From Aquaticitalea sp. (lineage in GTDB: Bacteria; Bacteroidota; Bacteroidia; Flavobacteriales; Flavobacteriaceae), in the NCBI GenBank assembly GCA_041748695.1, contig JBGTCT010000040.1:1-63543 (forward strand): a stretch of 63,543 nt of DNA, written 5' to 3'. This document shows positions 47,258 through 57,832 of the stretch, in pieces (the stretch's first letter is position 1; the number at the start of each line of letters is the position of its first letter). The translations under genes and the position numbers were made by a program. The notes under the pieces are model-generated. The model did no database searches. It was not told where the DNA came from and worked only from the letters and a program-made list of their open reading frames with translations.

Positions 47258-48154
47258 ATGGACAAATCAATTCAAATTTACAATGACATATTTCAATATT
47301 TTCAAGAAAATTACTTGAATTTGGGAGCAACAATTTTCTTTCTCTTTATAGGTTTTATTACATCCAACTTCATACAGATTAGAATCAAACAGCGGTTGGT
47401 TAATAAATCGCCCAACCACATCACGGCTAATTTTACATCACAAATTGTTGGATTTATATTAAAGTCTATCGTGATATTTACAACACTATATCTTCTTGGA
47501 CTGAGTGCTTTTACCAACAAGCTTCTGGCAGGCGCTGGACTTTTAACTTTTGTAATTGGTTTTGCTTTAAAGGATATTGGCGAAAATTTTCTAGCCGGAA
47601 TAGTCCTTGCGTTTAAAAGTCCTTTTAGGTTGGATGATTTGATTGAAGTAACAGGGATCATAGGACATGTAAAAGATATCAGCATAAGAGAAACAACCAT
47701 CAAAACACCTGATGGTAAGGATGTGTTTCTACCCAATGCGATTATTCTCAAAAATCCACTATATAACTATACGCTTGATGGCTTTTTACGTTACAGCTTT
47801 GTTGTGGGAATAGCCTATGAAGACAATCCTACTGCTGCTATCAAGTTAATTTTAGAAACGGTTAACAGTGTTGAAGGTGTGTTAAAAGGAGATAAAAAAC
47901 CATCAATATCAATTAATGAACTTTCTACTAATTCCATCAATATCAATATTAGCTTTTGGATTGATACTTTCAAATCCACACGGCGTTCGGTTCACAATAC
48001 CATTCGATCACAAGTTATGAATGACGTTATAGCAGCCTTAATAACCAATGGTTTTAGCTTGCCTGCAAATATTGTGGAGTTAAAAAATTACGGCTTGTCA
48101 AACACTTTAGATTTGAATATGAGCACAAATGATCGTACTCAAGCTTCCACCTAA
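47258..48154 (+). CDS. MscS family mechanosensitive channel
   Basis: Three TMs, GAG....IGFALKD...NFLAG, PF...D.I, T.DG..V..PN, VGIAY. Confidence 0.92.
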   Translation: MDKSIQIYNDIFQYFQENYLNLGATIFFLFIGFITSNFIQIRIKQRLVNKSPNHITANFTSQIVGFILKSIVIFTTLYLLGLSAFTNKLLAGAGLLTFVIGFALKDIGENFLAGIVLAFKSPFRLDDLIEVTGIIGHVKDISIRETTIKTPDGKDVFLPNAIILKNPLYNYTLDGFLRYSFVVGIAYEDNPTAAIKLILETVNSVEGVLKGDKKPSISINELSTNSININISFWIDTFKSTRRSVHNTIRSQVMNDVIAALITNGFSLPANIVELKNYGLSNTLDLNMSTNDRTQAST

Positions 48155-48455
48155 CCATCTCAAAGTCTAAAAAATTTAATTGGGTTAAATTAAAAAGAGT
48201 CTTAACTGACATTTATAAAATCGCAAAAAATGGGTGGCCTAATATACATAATTTTTAGAATAGTTCAGGAAATAAAACCGCCTTAAGCTATCGTAACAGG
48301 CATGATCTAATTAAAATACCTAGCCAATGACATATTCAAAGCACATGTTGAATATTAAGAAATTGCAAGTAATGAGGACATAATGTTTTTTTGCTAAATT
48401 TATTCTGTAACTGCCAAGATAACCATCATTAAAAGTGTTAGTTACAACACCAAAA

Positions 48456-49349
48456 ATGGGCAAAGAACTCACTATTGATAAAGTATTCGATAAAGTACTG
48501 TCTCTTAAAGTCAAGGAACAAAGTGAACGTGTAATTCTTTCAGTGGCCATAATCAGCTATTTAATACATCTCATTTTAATACTCTTGGCAAATTATGATC
48601 TAATTCAAATTGATTCTAAATTAATCCAAAACCCGATTGCTGCAATATATACTCCTTTTTCGTTTATTTTAGTTTATGAGGTATATCTGCTTATATTTTT
48701 TCTGCCAAAATCGCTTTCGTTTTATATTGGCAAACAATATGAGATCATTACATTGATTGTCATTAGAAGGATTTTTAAAGATATTGGAAATTTAGAACTG
48801 ACGTCAAAATGGTTTCAATCAAAAAATGATTTACAATTTACCTATGATGTTTTGACCTCATTGATCCTTTTTCTTATTATATATTTTTTCTACCGGAATG
48901 TCACAAAGAGAAAAGATTTAAATTTTGAAACATCACAAGAAAAAAATAAAAACATTCAAGTCTTTATCAACTTAAAAAAAGCGATCGCTATAGTATTGGT
49001 CCCAACATTGATTATACTTGCAATTTATACTTTTTTCAACTGGGCTAGCACTTCTTTTACTGATTATCAAACGGGAATTATTACGTTTGGAAACATCAAT
49101 AATATATTTTTTGATGGATTCTTTACCGTACTAATCATAGTGGATGTTCTTCTTTTATTGGCTTCATTTTATTATTCAGATCAGTTTCACAAAATAATTC
49201 GAAATTCTGGATTTGTAATATCTACCATTTTAATAAAAATGTCATTTTCAACTGAAGGAATAGTAAACAATGCTCTCATTATAGGAGCTGTACTATTTGG
49301 TTTTTTAATACTCCTGATTCACAACAAATTTGAAAATAATACAACCTAA
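48456..49349 (+). CDS. Polytopic membrane protein of unknown function (ORF open from GTG 48435)
   Basis: About 7 hydrophobic segments; AIYTPFSFIL.YE, KQYEII.LI.IRRIFKD, RNSGFVIST. Confidence 0.8.
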   Translation: MGKELTIDKVFDKVLSLKVKEQSERVILSVAIISYLIHLILILLANYDLIQIDSKLIQNPIAAIYTPFSFILVYEVYLLIFFLPKSLSFYIGKQYEIITLIVIRRIFKDIGNLELTSKWFQSKNDLQFTYDVLTSLILFLIIYFFYRNVTKRKDLNFETSQEKNKNIQVFINLKKAIAIVLVPTLIILAIYTFFNWASTSFTDYQTGIITFGNINNIFFDGFFTVLIIVDVLLLLASFYYSDQFHKIIRNSGFVISTILIKMSFSTEGIVNNALIIGAVLFGFLILLIHNKFENNTT

Positions 49350-49632
49350 GAGCTGTCTCAAAAGCATTGGTTCTCTAGCAGAGTGGTATTATAAAAGGAC
49401 AATTTCATTATGACTTTGATGCCGATAAATGTTATATCCATAGAAAATTTTAGAATGAAAATGTTTAAAAAAAATCTAATTAGGTATCTTTGGTTTTGCA
49501 ATCTATATTTCATAAGTTAACCATGTTTGACATCGTTTTTCTAATTAACAACTAACATTTGCATCCTTGAAAAAAATTCCAGTTTTAAAAGATTTTGTAA
49601 ACCGTCAACATTTTCAGGATGATTACAATTCC

Positions 49633-51804
49633 ATGTTTTCTAAATTGAATAAGGATATTCCGGCGGGAATTGTGGTGTTTTTGGTTGCACTTCCATTGTG
49701 TTTAGGTATAGCCTTGGCGAGTGGAGCTCCTTTGATGTCTGGCCTAATTTCGGGTATTATTGGCGGTGTTATTATAGGATATTTAAGTAAGTCTGGAACC
49801 AGTGTAAGCGGACCCGCTGCAAGTGTTTCGGCTGTTGTCTTAATTGCAATTCAAGATTTAAATAGCTTTCAATTGTTTTTAGGGGCATTGGTCTTGGCAG
49901 GTATTATTCAAATTATTTTGGGAGTTATAAGAGCTGGAATTTTAGCTGATTATATGCCTACTAGTATCATTAAAGGGCTTTTAGCTGGTATAGGTATAAT
50001 TCTAATTCGTTCACAAATGCCTTATATTATTGGGTTTGAATTAGAAAGCAGTATGTTGATTAATAATGAAGATTATATAACAAGTACTTTAAATGTAGTT
50101 AGCGATTTTTTCAATGCATTTACAATTGGTGCTGTAATTATTTCTGTTATCTCTTTGATGATTTTACTTTTATGGGACAAGTCACCGATGAAAAACTTTA
50201 AATTATTGCCTCCAGCTTTGGTAATAGTAATTTTGGGAGTCGTGCTGAACCAATTATTTAAATACGTCATTCCCGGTTTATATTTAGACGGAATTCATTT
50301 AGTCAAAATTCCCAATGTTGACAGTATGGGCTCGTTTTTTACATTCCCAGATTTTAGCGGATTCAAAAATCTAAAGGTGTACACTACTGCCTTTACCATT
50401 GCCATTATTGCTTCCATTTCAACTTTATTAAATATTGAAGCCACAGATAATATTGACAAACTTAAACGTCGCACACCGCCCAATAGGGAGCTTGTCGCCC
50501 AAGGTATAGGTAATACTATTGCTGGATTTATTGGCGGTATTGCCATAACCTCTGTGATTGTACGTAGCTCGGTTAATATTGAAGCAGGCGGTCAAACTAA
50601 ATTGAGTACCATTATCCATGGATTTCTTTTATTACTGAGCGTGTTGTTTTTAAGTACTATCATTAACCTTATCCCACTATCATCATTAGCAGCTATTTTG
50701 TTGGTAGTTGGTTATAAACTGGCGTCTATCGACGTTTTTAAGAATTTGTATAAACGCGGCTGGAATCAATTTTTGCCTTTTGTTTTAACCGTTGTTTTCA
50801 TTGTATTAACCGATGTGCTTACAGGTGTTTTAATAGGTTCTGCTTTGAGTATATTCTTTTTGTTAAGAGGCAATTATTACAACCCTTTCTACATTGAAAA
50901 TATAAAATACGTGCAGGATGAGGTCATAAAAATTGAACTATCAAACGAAGTTTCTTTCTTTAACAAAGCGTCCATAAAGAATACCTTATGGGGTGTTCCT
51001 GATGATAGCAAATTATTGATCGATGCTTCTTTTACAAGCTACATTGATCCAGATGTGGTTGACATTATAAAAGAGTTTCAAGAAAGAGCTTTAATTGATC
51101 ACAATATTGATGTAAAGGTCATTGGCATGAAGGATAGTTATCTAGTGGGTGAAGAAATAGACCTATATCAGAAAACGAAAGCCGAAATTAAAGCTAAAAC
51201 CACACCTAAAGAAATATTAGAATACCTCATAGAAGGCAGTACTACCTATGCAAGTAGAAATTTGATGTCTCGCAAAATAAGTTCTAAAGATTTATTGGAA
51301 CATCTCAACGAATCGCCGCTTTCAGTTGTCGTCACATGCGTTGATTTGCGCGAGCCCCTCAATATGATGCTCAATACTGCTGTTGGTGACTTGGTTTCTT
51401 TACGTTCTGCAGGGCATATATTGGATAAACAAAGCATTTTAAATTTAGAGATTTCTTGTAGAGATCAAGGGGCCAAACTTGTATTGTTCTTCGCAAATTC
51501 TAATAATGAGGTTGTTAAAGAAGCACTTAACAATCATTTTAATAATAGGTCTTCAAATCTGAATATTGTTATTGAAGATGCTTTAAAGAGTCAAGAATTT
51601 GAATCTCGTGATATAAAATCAGAGCCTATTGATAAGCTAACCAATGATATTGTGGCCTTCAATATAGAAAAAGCGAAAGAAGACCTGCTTACCAATAGTG
51701 ACTATTTTAAAACAGAAGTAAGCAGTGGTAAAATTGGTATTGCATCTGCCTTTTTTAATAGGAATGATAAAAGTGTTTCCTTTTCCAAACTTTATTCAAA
51801 TTAA
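49633..51804 (+). CDS. SulP/SLC26 anion transporter with STAS-like region, fused to a degenerate beta-carbonic anhydrase domain (ORF open from TTG 49567)
   Basis: AGIVVFLVALPLCLGIALASG, VSGPAA, NRELVAQG.GN, TSVIVRSS; C-terminal CVDLR...GD....R.AG. Confidence 0.9.
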   Translation: MFSKLNKDIPAGIVVFLVALPLCLGIALASGAPLMSGLISGIIGGVIIGYLSKSGTSVSGPAASVSAVVLIAIQDLNSFQLFLGALVLAGIIQIILGVIRAGILADYMPTSIIKGLLAGIGIILIRSQMPYIIGFELESSMLINNEDYITSTLNVVSDFFNAFTIGAVIISVISLMILLLWDKSPMKNFKLLPPALVIVILGVVLNQLFKYVIPGLYLDGIHLVKIPNVDSMGSFFTFPDFSGFKNLKVYTTAFTIAIIASISTLLNIEATDNIDKLKRRTPPNRELVAQGIGNTIAGFIGGIAITSVIVRSSVNIEAGGQTKLSTIIHGFLLLLSVLFLSTIINLIPLSSLAAILLVVGYKLASIDVFKNLYKRGWNQFLPFVLTVVFIVLTDVLTGVLIGSALSIFFLLRGNYYNPFYIENIKYVQDEVIKIELSNEVSFFNKASIKNTLWGVPDDSKLLIDASFTSYIDPDVVDIIKEFQERALIDHNIDVKVIGMKDSYLVGEEIDLYQKTKAEIKAKTTPKEILEYLIEGSTTYASRNLMSRKISSKDLLEHLNESPLSVVVTCVDLREPLNMMLNTAVGDLVSLRSAGHILDKQSILNLEISCRDQGAKLVLFFANSNNEVVKEALNNHFNNRSSNLNIVIEDALKSQEFESRDIKSEPIDKLTNDIVAFNIEKAKEDLLTNSDYFKTEVSSGKIGIASAFFNRNDKSVSFSKLYSN

Positions 51805-52079
51805 AAGCGTATTCAAAAAACTATAAGAATAGGTTCGTTTTGATCGGTAATACTGATGTTGTATCAAATCCACACATCAACATTAATGGGATATACCTAA
51901 AAAAGCATGTCTTTTGAATCGTGTCCACAATAAGCACTATGAATTTTTGATTTTGAGAATAAAAAAACAGCAGTTAACTTAAAACTTAAATAGGTGTTTG
52001 ATCAAATTTTAGGATTAAAATAAATGATATTATTATAAAAATTCATTAAGATTACAAACTACAAGCCTTAAACTCATTT

Positions 52080-53144
52080 ATGGAAACTTCAGACCCGAGA
52101 GAAGAGAAAGAAATAGAAGCCATCAAAAACGATGAGAAAGTACAAAGAGCTTTGAGTGAAACTTCAAAGTCTGTAAAAAAAGACAGTTCTGGTACCTTTA
52201 GGAAAGAGGCTCCATTACTGGGAATAACCGCGGTATTATTTTTAATTTTAGGTACCTTATATGTTCTTCTAGGTTGGAAAGGTTTACCCATTTCTACCGT
52301 TTACATTCCGATGGCTAAAAAAGTTGTGTTCGCGGGAATGTTGATTTCCTTGGTTTTGGCGGCAAATAAGCTATTAACACGATTGGTCGATCGAAAGATA
52401 GAAGACAAAACCACGGTTTTCAATTTTCGCCGTATTGCTAATCTCTTTGCGGGACTTCTTATACTTTTAATTATTGTATCGTCCTTGTTTGCTAATTGGT
52501 ATGCCACCTTGGTTTCCTTTGGAATCATATCATTGATACTTGGATTTGCGTTACAAAATCCGATTACTAGTTTTTTTGGATGGTTGTATATTCTAATTCG
52601 AAAACCTTACGAAGTTGGCGACCGCATCCGGATTGGTGGTGTTTATGGCGACGTTATTAACGTTAGTTACTTCGACACTACCTTGTGGGAGTTTAGAGGC
52701 GATTACTTATCTAGCGATCATCCCAGTGGACGCATCATTCGTTTTGCCAATTCAAAAGTTTTTAGCGAGTATGTCTATAATTATTCGTGGCCTTTATTTC
52801 CTTTTATCTGGAATGAATTAAGTCTAATTATTACTTATGGTAGCGATTTTAAATTTACCAGTGAAATCGTCAAAAGAGTCGTCGAAAATGAATTAGGTGA
52901 ATCCATGGTGAGACGGGTCAAACGCTTTAAAAAAATATTAGCAGAAACACCTGTAGACGAACTTGATGTTTATGAATATCCTTCAGTCAGCTTAAAAGCC
53001 ACGCAAAACGGTTGGATAGAAGTAACTGTGAGATACTTGGTAGAACCAAAAAGTTCAGGTAGGGTAAGAAAAAAATTATTTACCGCTGTGATGGATGAAC
53101 TAAAAAAACATCCTGATAAAGTCAAATTTCCGAATGATAGTTGA
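52080..53144 (+). CDS. MscS family mechanosensitive channel (second copy)
   Basis: GFALQNPITSFFGW.YI..RKPYEVGDRIRIG...GDV, SGRIIRFANS. Confidence 0.92.
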   Translation: METSDPREEKEIEAIKNDEKVQRALSETSKSVKKDSSGTFRKEAPLLGITAVLFLILGTLYVLLGWKGLPISTVYIPMAKKVVFAGMLISLVLAANKLLTRLVDRKIEDKTTVFNFRRIANLFAGLLILLIIVSSLFANWYATLVSFGIISLILGFALQNPITSFFGWLYILIRKPYEVGDRIRIGGVYGDVINVSYFDTTLWEFRGDYLSSDHPSGRIIRFANSKVFSEYVYNYSWPLFPFIWNELSLIITYGSDFKFTSEIVKRVVENELGESMVRRVKRFKKILAETPVDELDVYEYPSVSLKATQNGWIEVTVRYLVEPKSSGRVRKKLFTAVMDELKKHPDKVKFPNDS

Positions 53145-53314
53145 AGATTACCAACAATTAAAGAAGTCAAACTGTTGGCATAATTAACTTTCGTTATGTT
53201 TCTTTTAAGGGCCTTAAAATTAGAACCTAAAATGATGAATAAAAAAGTTATCCCATGTCATTAAATTAAATACTCCTTCATTAAGAATCAAAATTATGCC
53301 GTGGCTAATACATT

Positions 53315-56300
53315 CTACTTATTCTTTTTGTTGGCTGTTTTTGATTTTATCGAAATAAAATCAGGTGTCATAACTTCTTCTTTTTTGGCTTCTAAGTCTT
53401 TATCCTTTTGATTGTCTTCCTTCCTGTTTTTACCTTTAAAAATAATCTGAAGCAATTCCTTAAAAGTGTCAAATTCCACATTATAGGACAATCCGAGACC
53501 TTGAGTATAGCCTATTTCTTCTCCAAAATTCCGAATATTATTCTCTCGATTAAAGAATTTGGCCGAAAGCGTTCCATCATCGTTCAGTAACAATTGTATT
53601 TCGGCATCGCCTGCTATCACGGTTTGTGTAGCGCCACCAACAGGAACCCCCACTTTTCCATTAAAAAGAACCCGGTCACTGATTTTTGTGCTCAAGGTAA
53701 GTCCTAAACGGTCATCTGTTTTATACTCTGGCGTGTCTTCACCCGATTGAAAATTGACACCAACTTGCACTTTATCGTCTTCACTGGAAAGGAGACTGTT
53801 AAAAAGATTATTCACCCTGTCCTCTACTGTTCCGTAGGCTTGTTGGCCCAAACTCAATTCGCTTGCAAACGAACCGGTGGCCAATAAAAATACACCCTGA
53901 TAATCTCTACTTTCCTTGGTTTCCAATCGGTAATCGAGCTCTGATTTTACTGTAGAACTGACATTTGGAAAGCCGAACGTAAAATCCAAATCGGGTTGTT
54001 CCAATTGTCCTGTAAGATTTAATTCAACATTCACAGGAATACTACGGTTAATAGGATTGTCTAACAATACCGAAGGATTGGCATTGGTTCTATAAATAGC
54101 TTTTAGATTGAGTTGCGCTTTTAACGGATCGCCATCCCATTGTAAATTACCACCTCGTTCTACTTCGAGCTTCTTTTGCACCAATCCGCCGTAAGCGAAA
54201 TTGTAGATTCCTCTATAAATAATAAAGTCACCATACATATTAAACTTTCCGTTGGTGTTTATCTCAATAAGTAAATTACCTTCCCCACTACCCTGTATGG
54301 TGCTTCCTGTGTTTCTATCAATTACAATTTCAATATCTGCATTTTGGTTGACATCTAAATCAAAATAGAGCTCCAAACCTTTCACATCAGTGGCGGCAAA
54401 GGCTTCACCTCTCAATCGGGCTTCTTTTTCCTCTGGGCTTAAAAAATGAATGTATGAGTTGTCACCAAAATTTTGTGCATCGTTTAAAGGAATCTTAAAA
54501 AAAGTACCTTGGGCAGTACTGCCATCAACACGAATGACCAATTGCTCGGTAGGTCCATAAATACTTGCTCTACCCGTTACGAATGCGGTTCCGTAATACA
54601 AAGATTCTTCATCGTCTTTGGTGTTGAGCACTAGCAAACGGTTGGTATCGATGTCCAAACCAAGACGCCACTCTTTAAAGTTATTATGGCTCATATATCC
54701 ATTGACAGTAGCCCGCGAAAAGAATTCGGAATCTGTCATTACTACGTCCTGTAATATAAATCTTTGGCCTTCGAGCTTTAATTGAGAATCAAAATCAAAG
54801 GCATAATCTACATTCAAATATGGTATGTTCATTCCTGCATTATTCAACACCAAATCGCCATTAATGTCTGGTCGCTTAAGGCTTCCTGTAACTTTGGCAT
54901 TTCCGGAAGCAGAACCCCTAATATGGTTAATCACTTCACCTCCAAACACATTGAGTGGTTCTAAAAGAAATTCATTTAAGGCTAGATCTAAATTGATACT
55001 CGAATTGTTTGGACTAACGTTGATATCACCTTTGACTTCGAGCGATTTTAAATTATCATTCTGCAGCAGTAAATCCACTTGATAATTGGTAAGAGATTCA
55101 TTTCCAATAATATCAGCTCTTAAATTGCCAAGTTCATAATCATTAAACTTAAATCGACTTACCGTAACATTGGTATTGGGCAGATAGACGCCATTTTTTT
55201 GAAGAAGTTCCAGTTTTCCGTTTACATTTCCGGCAAAACGAATACTGTCCAGTCGCGGCGTGATTTTGTTTAAATCGACATCCTTAAAATTAAGGCGTAA
55301 GTCTTTATAAGTCGAATCCCTTATCTCTCCAAAAAATTCGATTTCTTCGTCGAGATTGCTCATCATAATATTAGCAATATCAAATTGTTTAAACTCTCTA
55401 TCAAAAATGACCTTATTTAACGTATCCCTGTTTTGATTGATTACCCAAGTGTTGTCTTTAAAGGTGACATTTGATTTCCTAAATCCTACAACTGATTTAT
55501 TTTCTTGGTCTATGGTGTAAAAAAGGCTTAAATTAAAATCGTCTTTATTTGTTTTTCCGCCGGTAAATTCTGATTTTATAAACAAGGTATCCCTTAAGGT
55601 CACATTGATGAGATTGAATTTTGATACATTATAATAGTTTGTATGAAGCGAATCTATTTCGATATAGGTATTGTACAATGGATTGGAATTATCGATCTTT
55701 AAATCAATATTATTTGCAAAGTAATCTTGAAGCTTTATTTGTGGCGATTGAAAATTCAGTTTAAAACCGCGTTCGTCACTTTCGATGCGTCCTTTGACAT
55801 AAGTGTTCTTTGCCAATTCCAAGTCGTGGACAAAAACCTCGATGATTTTGTTATAAATTTTAAAGTTAAAATCTAGGTATTGATTATCTTCTATTTCATA
55901 CGGTCGATAATTGGTATAAATGCTTCCGACAGAATTCTCAACCAGCTTCCCGATGTCTTTAAACTTGAAGTTACCGCTCACAGTACCTTCAATAATATCG
56001 GGAGAATTGATGGCTATAATTCGCCTGTCACCTTCAAAACTTGAAGTGATATCAAAGTCTTCAAAATAATAGTCATCGTTTTGATTGATATACGTTGTAT
56101 TCCTAAACGTAAGGCTTCCATAAGCATCATCGATACTTGTGCCTTTCATGGACATGATTACATTGCCCTTAAATACCGAAATACTGTCTTTCTTGATGAA
56201 ATTTAATGCGTTGAGATTGACATATTCTACATCAGCCGTAAAATCCATTGTTTTAATATCTCTAGAAAGATCTGCCAATCCGTTGAATTTAAGCTTAAAG

Positions 56301-57772
56301 TTTTTGTCATCTGACACCAAATCCCCATTAAACACATTATTGCCCAATTCGCCTTTTACGCTAATATCTTGATAGACATAATTATTATAATCCAAAGAAA
56401 ATACATTACCAGCAATATTGGTTTTTAATGTATTGACAGTAAATCCTCGACCATCCACATCCAGATCAAACGAAGCGGCTTTAATCTTTGGATCATTCAA
56501 TAATTTTCCTATATCAAAGTCTCTAAATACAATTTTACCTTTATAACTCGCATTGTCTATGTTTTCGATTTGAGACAGGTACATGTTGGAAATGATCTGA
56601 CCAATACCAGTGCGGATATTGAGATTGGCATCGATATAACTAGAAGTAATTTTTGTGGTGCCATTAATGGAAAAATTGCCCACCTTAGAAAACACGGTTG
56701 GAATAGATTTGCCCAAAACATTTGGAAAAAGCGCTCTTAAATCATAATAATTGGAGGACAAATCATCAAACCTACCATCCATTGCAAAATTGCTTTCTGA
56801 ACTACTAAAAAGATTTTTAAAGTTGATATCACCATAAATACGGGTAAGCGAACTTGTGGTGAGTTTAAGGTTGTTGGCCTGCAAATCATTTAAAGTTCCA
56901 GAAAGGTCGACGTTGAGTTTAGCGAGTTGAGTGGTCCCAAATTCGTTGTAAAAGGTATTGAGCTCATCAAGCATTAATTCAGAATTTTTAAAACTTGCAT
57001 CTACCCTTACTTTGTTTGTGAAATCCTTAAAATCTTCTATGGCATAACTGAATCTCACATGGCCTTTAAGATTGGAGTTTGTGGTTTTTATGCTTAAGCG
57101 TTCAAAATTTAAATGGTCTTGGGTGTATTCAAAATCTGCCACCATGTTTTTGATGACCAATCCTCTACTGTCAATAAAGGCAAATGTGTTGATCCTGGCA
57201 CTGACATCACTACCATTGATAACAAAATTGGTAGCATTGAGATATAATTTATCAAATTCGATAATGGTTGGCGTTTCTTTATTTTCGTCAATCATCCGGA
57301 ATATACCGTCGTATATAGAGACATCACTCGATGAAAACAAAAAGGTTTTGATTTCTTCTTTAGGATTATCTTCTTTAAATTTTGCTACAAATACATCCAA
57401 ATTTGTCTTCGGTTCACCTTTATAGGTTTTAATATTAAAGGTTAATCCATTGATGATGACGTCTCCAAAAACCAATTTTCCATTATAAAGATTCTTAAAA
57501 CTTAAGATAGAGGTATTGAGTTCGTTGATATTTATAAGCGTATCTTTTTTATAATCTCGGATGTAAATGTTTTTCAAGTTGACATCTCCATTAAATTTCA
57601 ATCCCACTTTATCGATGTTGATATTTGTGCCAAAGTCACTGTTGATGCGATCTGTAGCTTTTTTTCCTAAATAAGTTTGTACAGAAGAAAGCGATAAAAC
57701 AAGCACCAAAATAATAAAAAGCAGCATGAGGACGGCTGCGATTTTCCACAGTATTTTGAAGAATTTTTTGAT
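53315..57772 (-). CDS. tamB: Translocation/assembly module TamB (AsmA-like, DUF490); start uncertain (ATC 57772 or ATG 57727)
   Basis: N-terminal anchor ..SVQT.LG, long beta-taco repeats, C-terminal G.L.W.GDP..A.L, YTQGLGLSY..EFD. Confidence 0.88.
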   Translation of the reverse strand: MKKFFKILWKIAAVLMLLFIILVLVLSLSSVQTYLGKKATDRINSDFGTNINIDKVGLKFNGDVNLKNIYIRDYKKDTLININELNTSILSFKNLYNGKLVFGDVIINGLTFNIKTYKGEPKTNLDVFVAKFKEDNPKEEIKTFLFSSSDVSIYDGIFRMIDENKETPTIIEFDKLYLNATNFVINGSDVSARINTFAFIDSRGLVIKNMVADFEYTQDHLNFERLSIKTTNSNLKGHVRFSYAIEDFKDFTNKVRVDASFKNSELMLDELNTFYNEFGTTQLAKLNVDLSGTLNDLQANNLKLTTSSLTRIYGDINFKNLFSSSESNFAMDGRFDDLSSNYYDLRALFPNVLGKSIPTVFSKVGNFSINGTTKITSSYIDANLNIRTGIGQIISNMYLSQIENIDNASYKGKIVFRDFDIGKLLNDPKIKAASFDLDVDGRGFTVNTLKTNIAGNVFSLDYNNYVYQDISVKGELGNNVFNGDLVSDDKNFKLKFNGLADLSRDIKTMDFTADVEYVNLNALNFIKKDSISVFKGNVIMSMKGTSIDDAYGSLTFRNTTYINQNDDYYFEDFDITSSFEGDRRIIAINSPDIIEGTVSGNFKFKDIGKLVENSVGSIYTNYRPYEIEDNQYLDFNFKIYNKIIEVFVHDLELAKNTYVKGRIESDERGFKLNFQSPQIKLQDYFANNIDLKIDNSNPLYNTYIEIDSLHTNYYNVSKFNLINVTLRDTLFIKSEFTGGKTNKDDFNLSLFYTIDQENKSVVGFRKSNVTFKDNTWVINQNRDTLNKVIFDREFKQFDIANIMMSNLDEEIEFFGEIRDSTYKDLRLNFKDVDLNKITPRLDSIRFAGNVNGKLELLQKNGVYLPNTNVTVSRFKFNDYELGNLRADIIGNESLTNYQVDLLLQNDNLKSLEVKGDINVSPNNSSINLDLALNEFLLEPLNVFGGEVINHIRGSASGNAKVTGSLKRPDINGDLVLNNAGMNIPYLNVDYAFDFDSQLKLEGQRFILQDVVMTDSEFFSRATVNGYMSHNNFKEWRLGLDIDTNRLLVLNTKDDEESLYYGTAFVTGRASIYGPTEQLVIRVDGSTAQGTFFKIPLNDAQNFGDNSYIHFLSPEEKEARLRGEAFAATDVKGLELYFDLDVNQNADIEIVIDRNTGSTIQGSGEGNLLIEINTNGKFNMYGDFIIYRGIYNFAYGGLVQKKLEVERGGNLQWDGDPLKAQLNLKAIYRTNANPSVLLDNPINRSIPVNVELNLTGQLEQPDLDFTFGFPNVSSTVKSELDYRLETKESRDYQGVFLLATGSFASELSLGQQAYGTVEDRVNNLFNSLLSSEDDKVQVGVNFQSGEDTPEYKTDDRLGLTLSTKISDRVLFNGKVGVPVGGATQTVIAGDAEIQLLLNDDGTLSAKFFNRENNIRNFGEEIGYTQGLGLSYNVEFDTFKELLQIIFKGKNRKEDNQKDKDLEAKKEEVMTPDFISIKSKTANKKNK

Positions 57773-57786
57773 ATGTTTTTATGTTA

Positions 57787-57821
57787 TAACTTTGCAGTCA
57801 AATTTAACAATTATTGTGCCT
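57787..57821. promoter_or_regulatory. Overlapping divergent promoters of tsaD and tamB
   Basis: Plus TAACTTTG at 57787-57794; minus TAAATTTG at 57806-57799, preceded by sigma54-like AGGCAC-N5-TTGT at 57821-57807. Confidence 0.55.
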
Positions 57822-57832
57822 AATAACCGCTA

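Noticed and set aside
48320-48550. 76-aa minus-strand ORF
   Set aside because: Overlaps the start of the membrane-protein gene on the opposite strand and has no recognisable features.
49347-49365. TAAGAGCTGTCTCAAAAG as an IS terminal repeat
   Set aside because: No matching inverted partner or transposase remnant found; too short to support.
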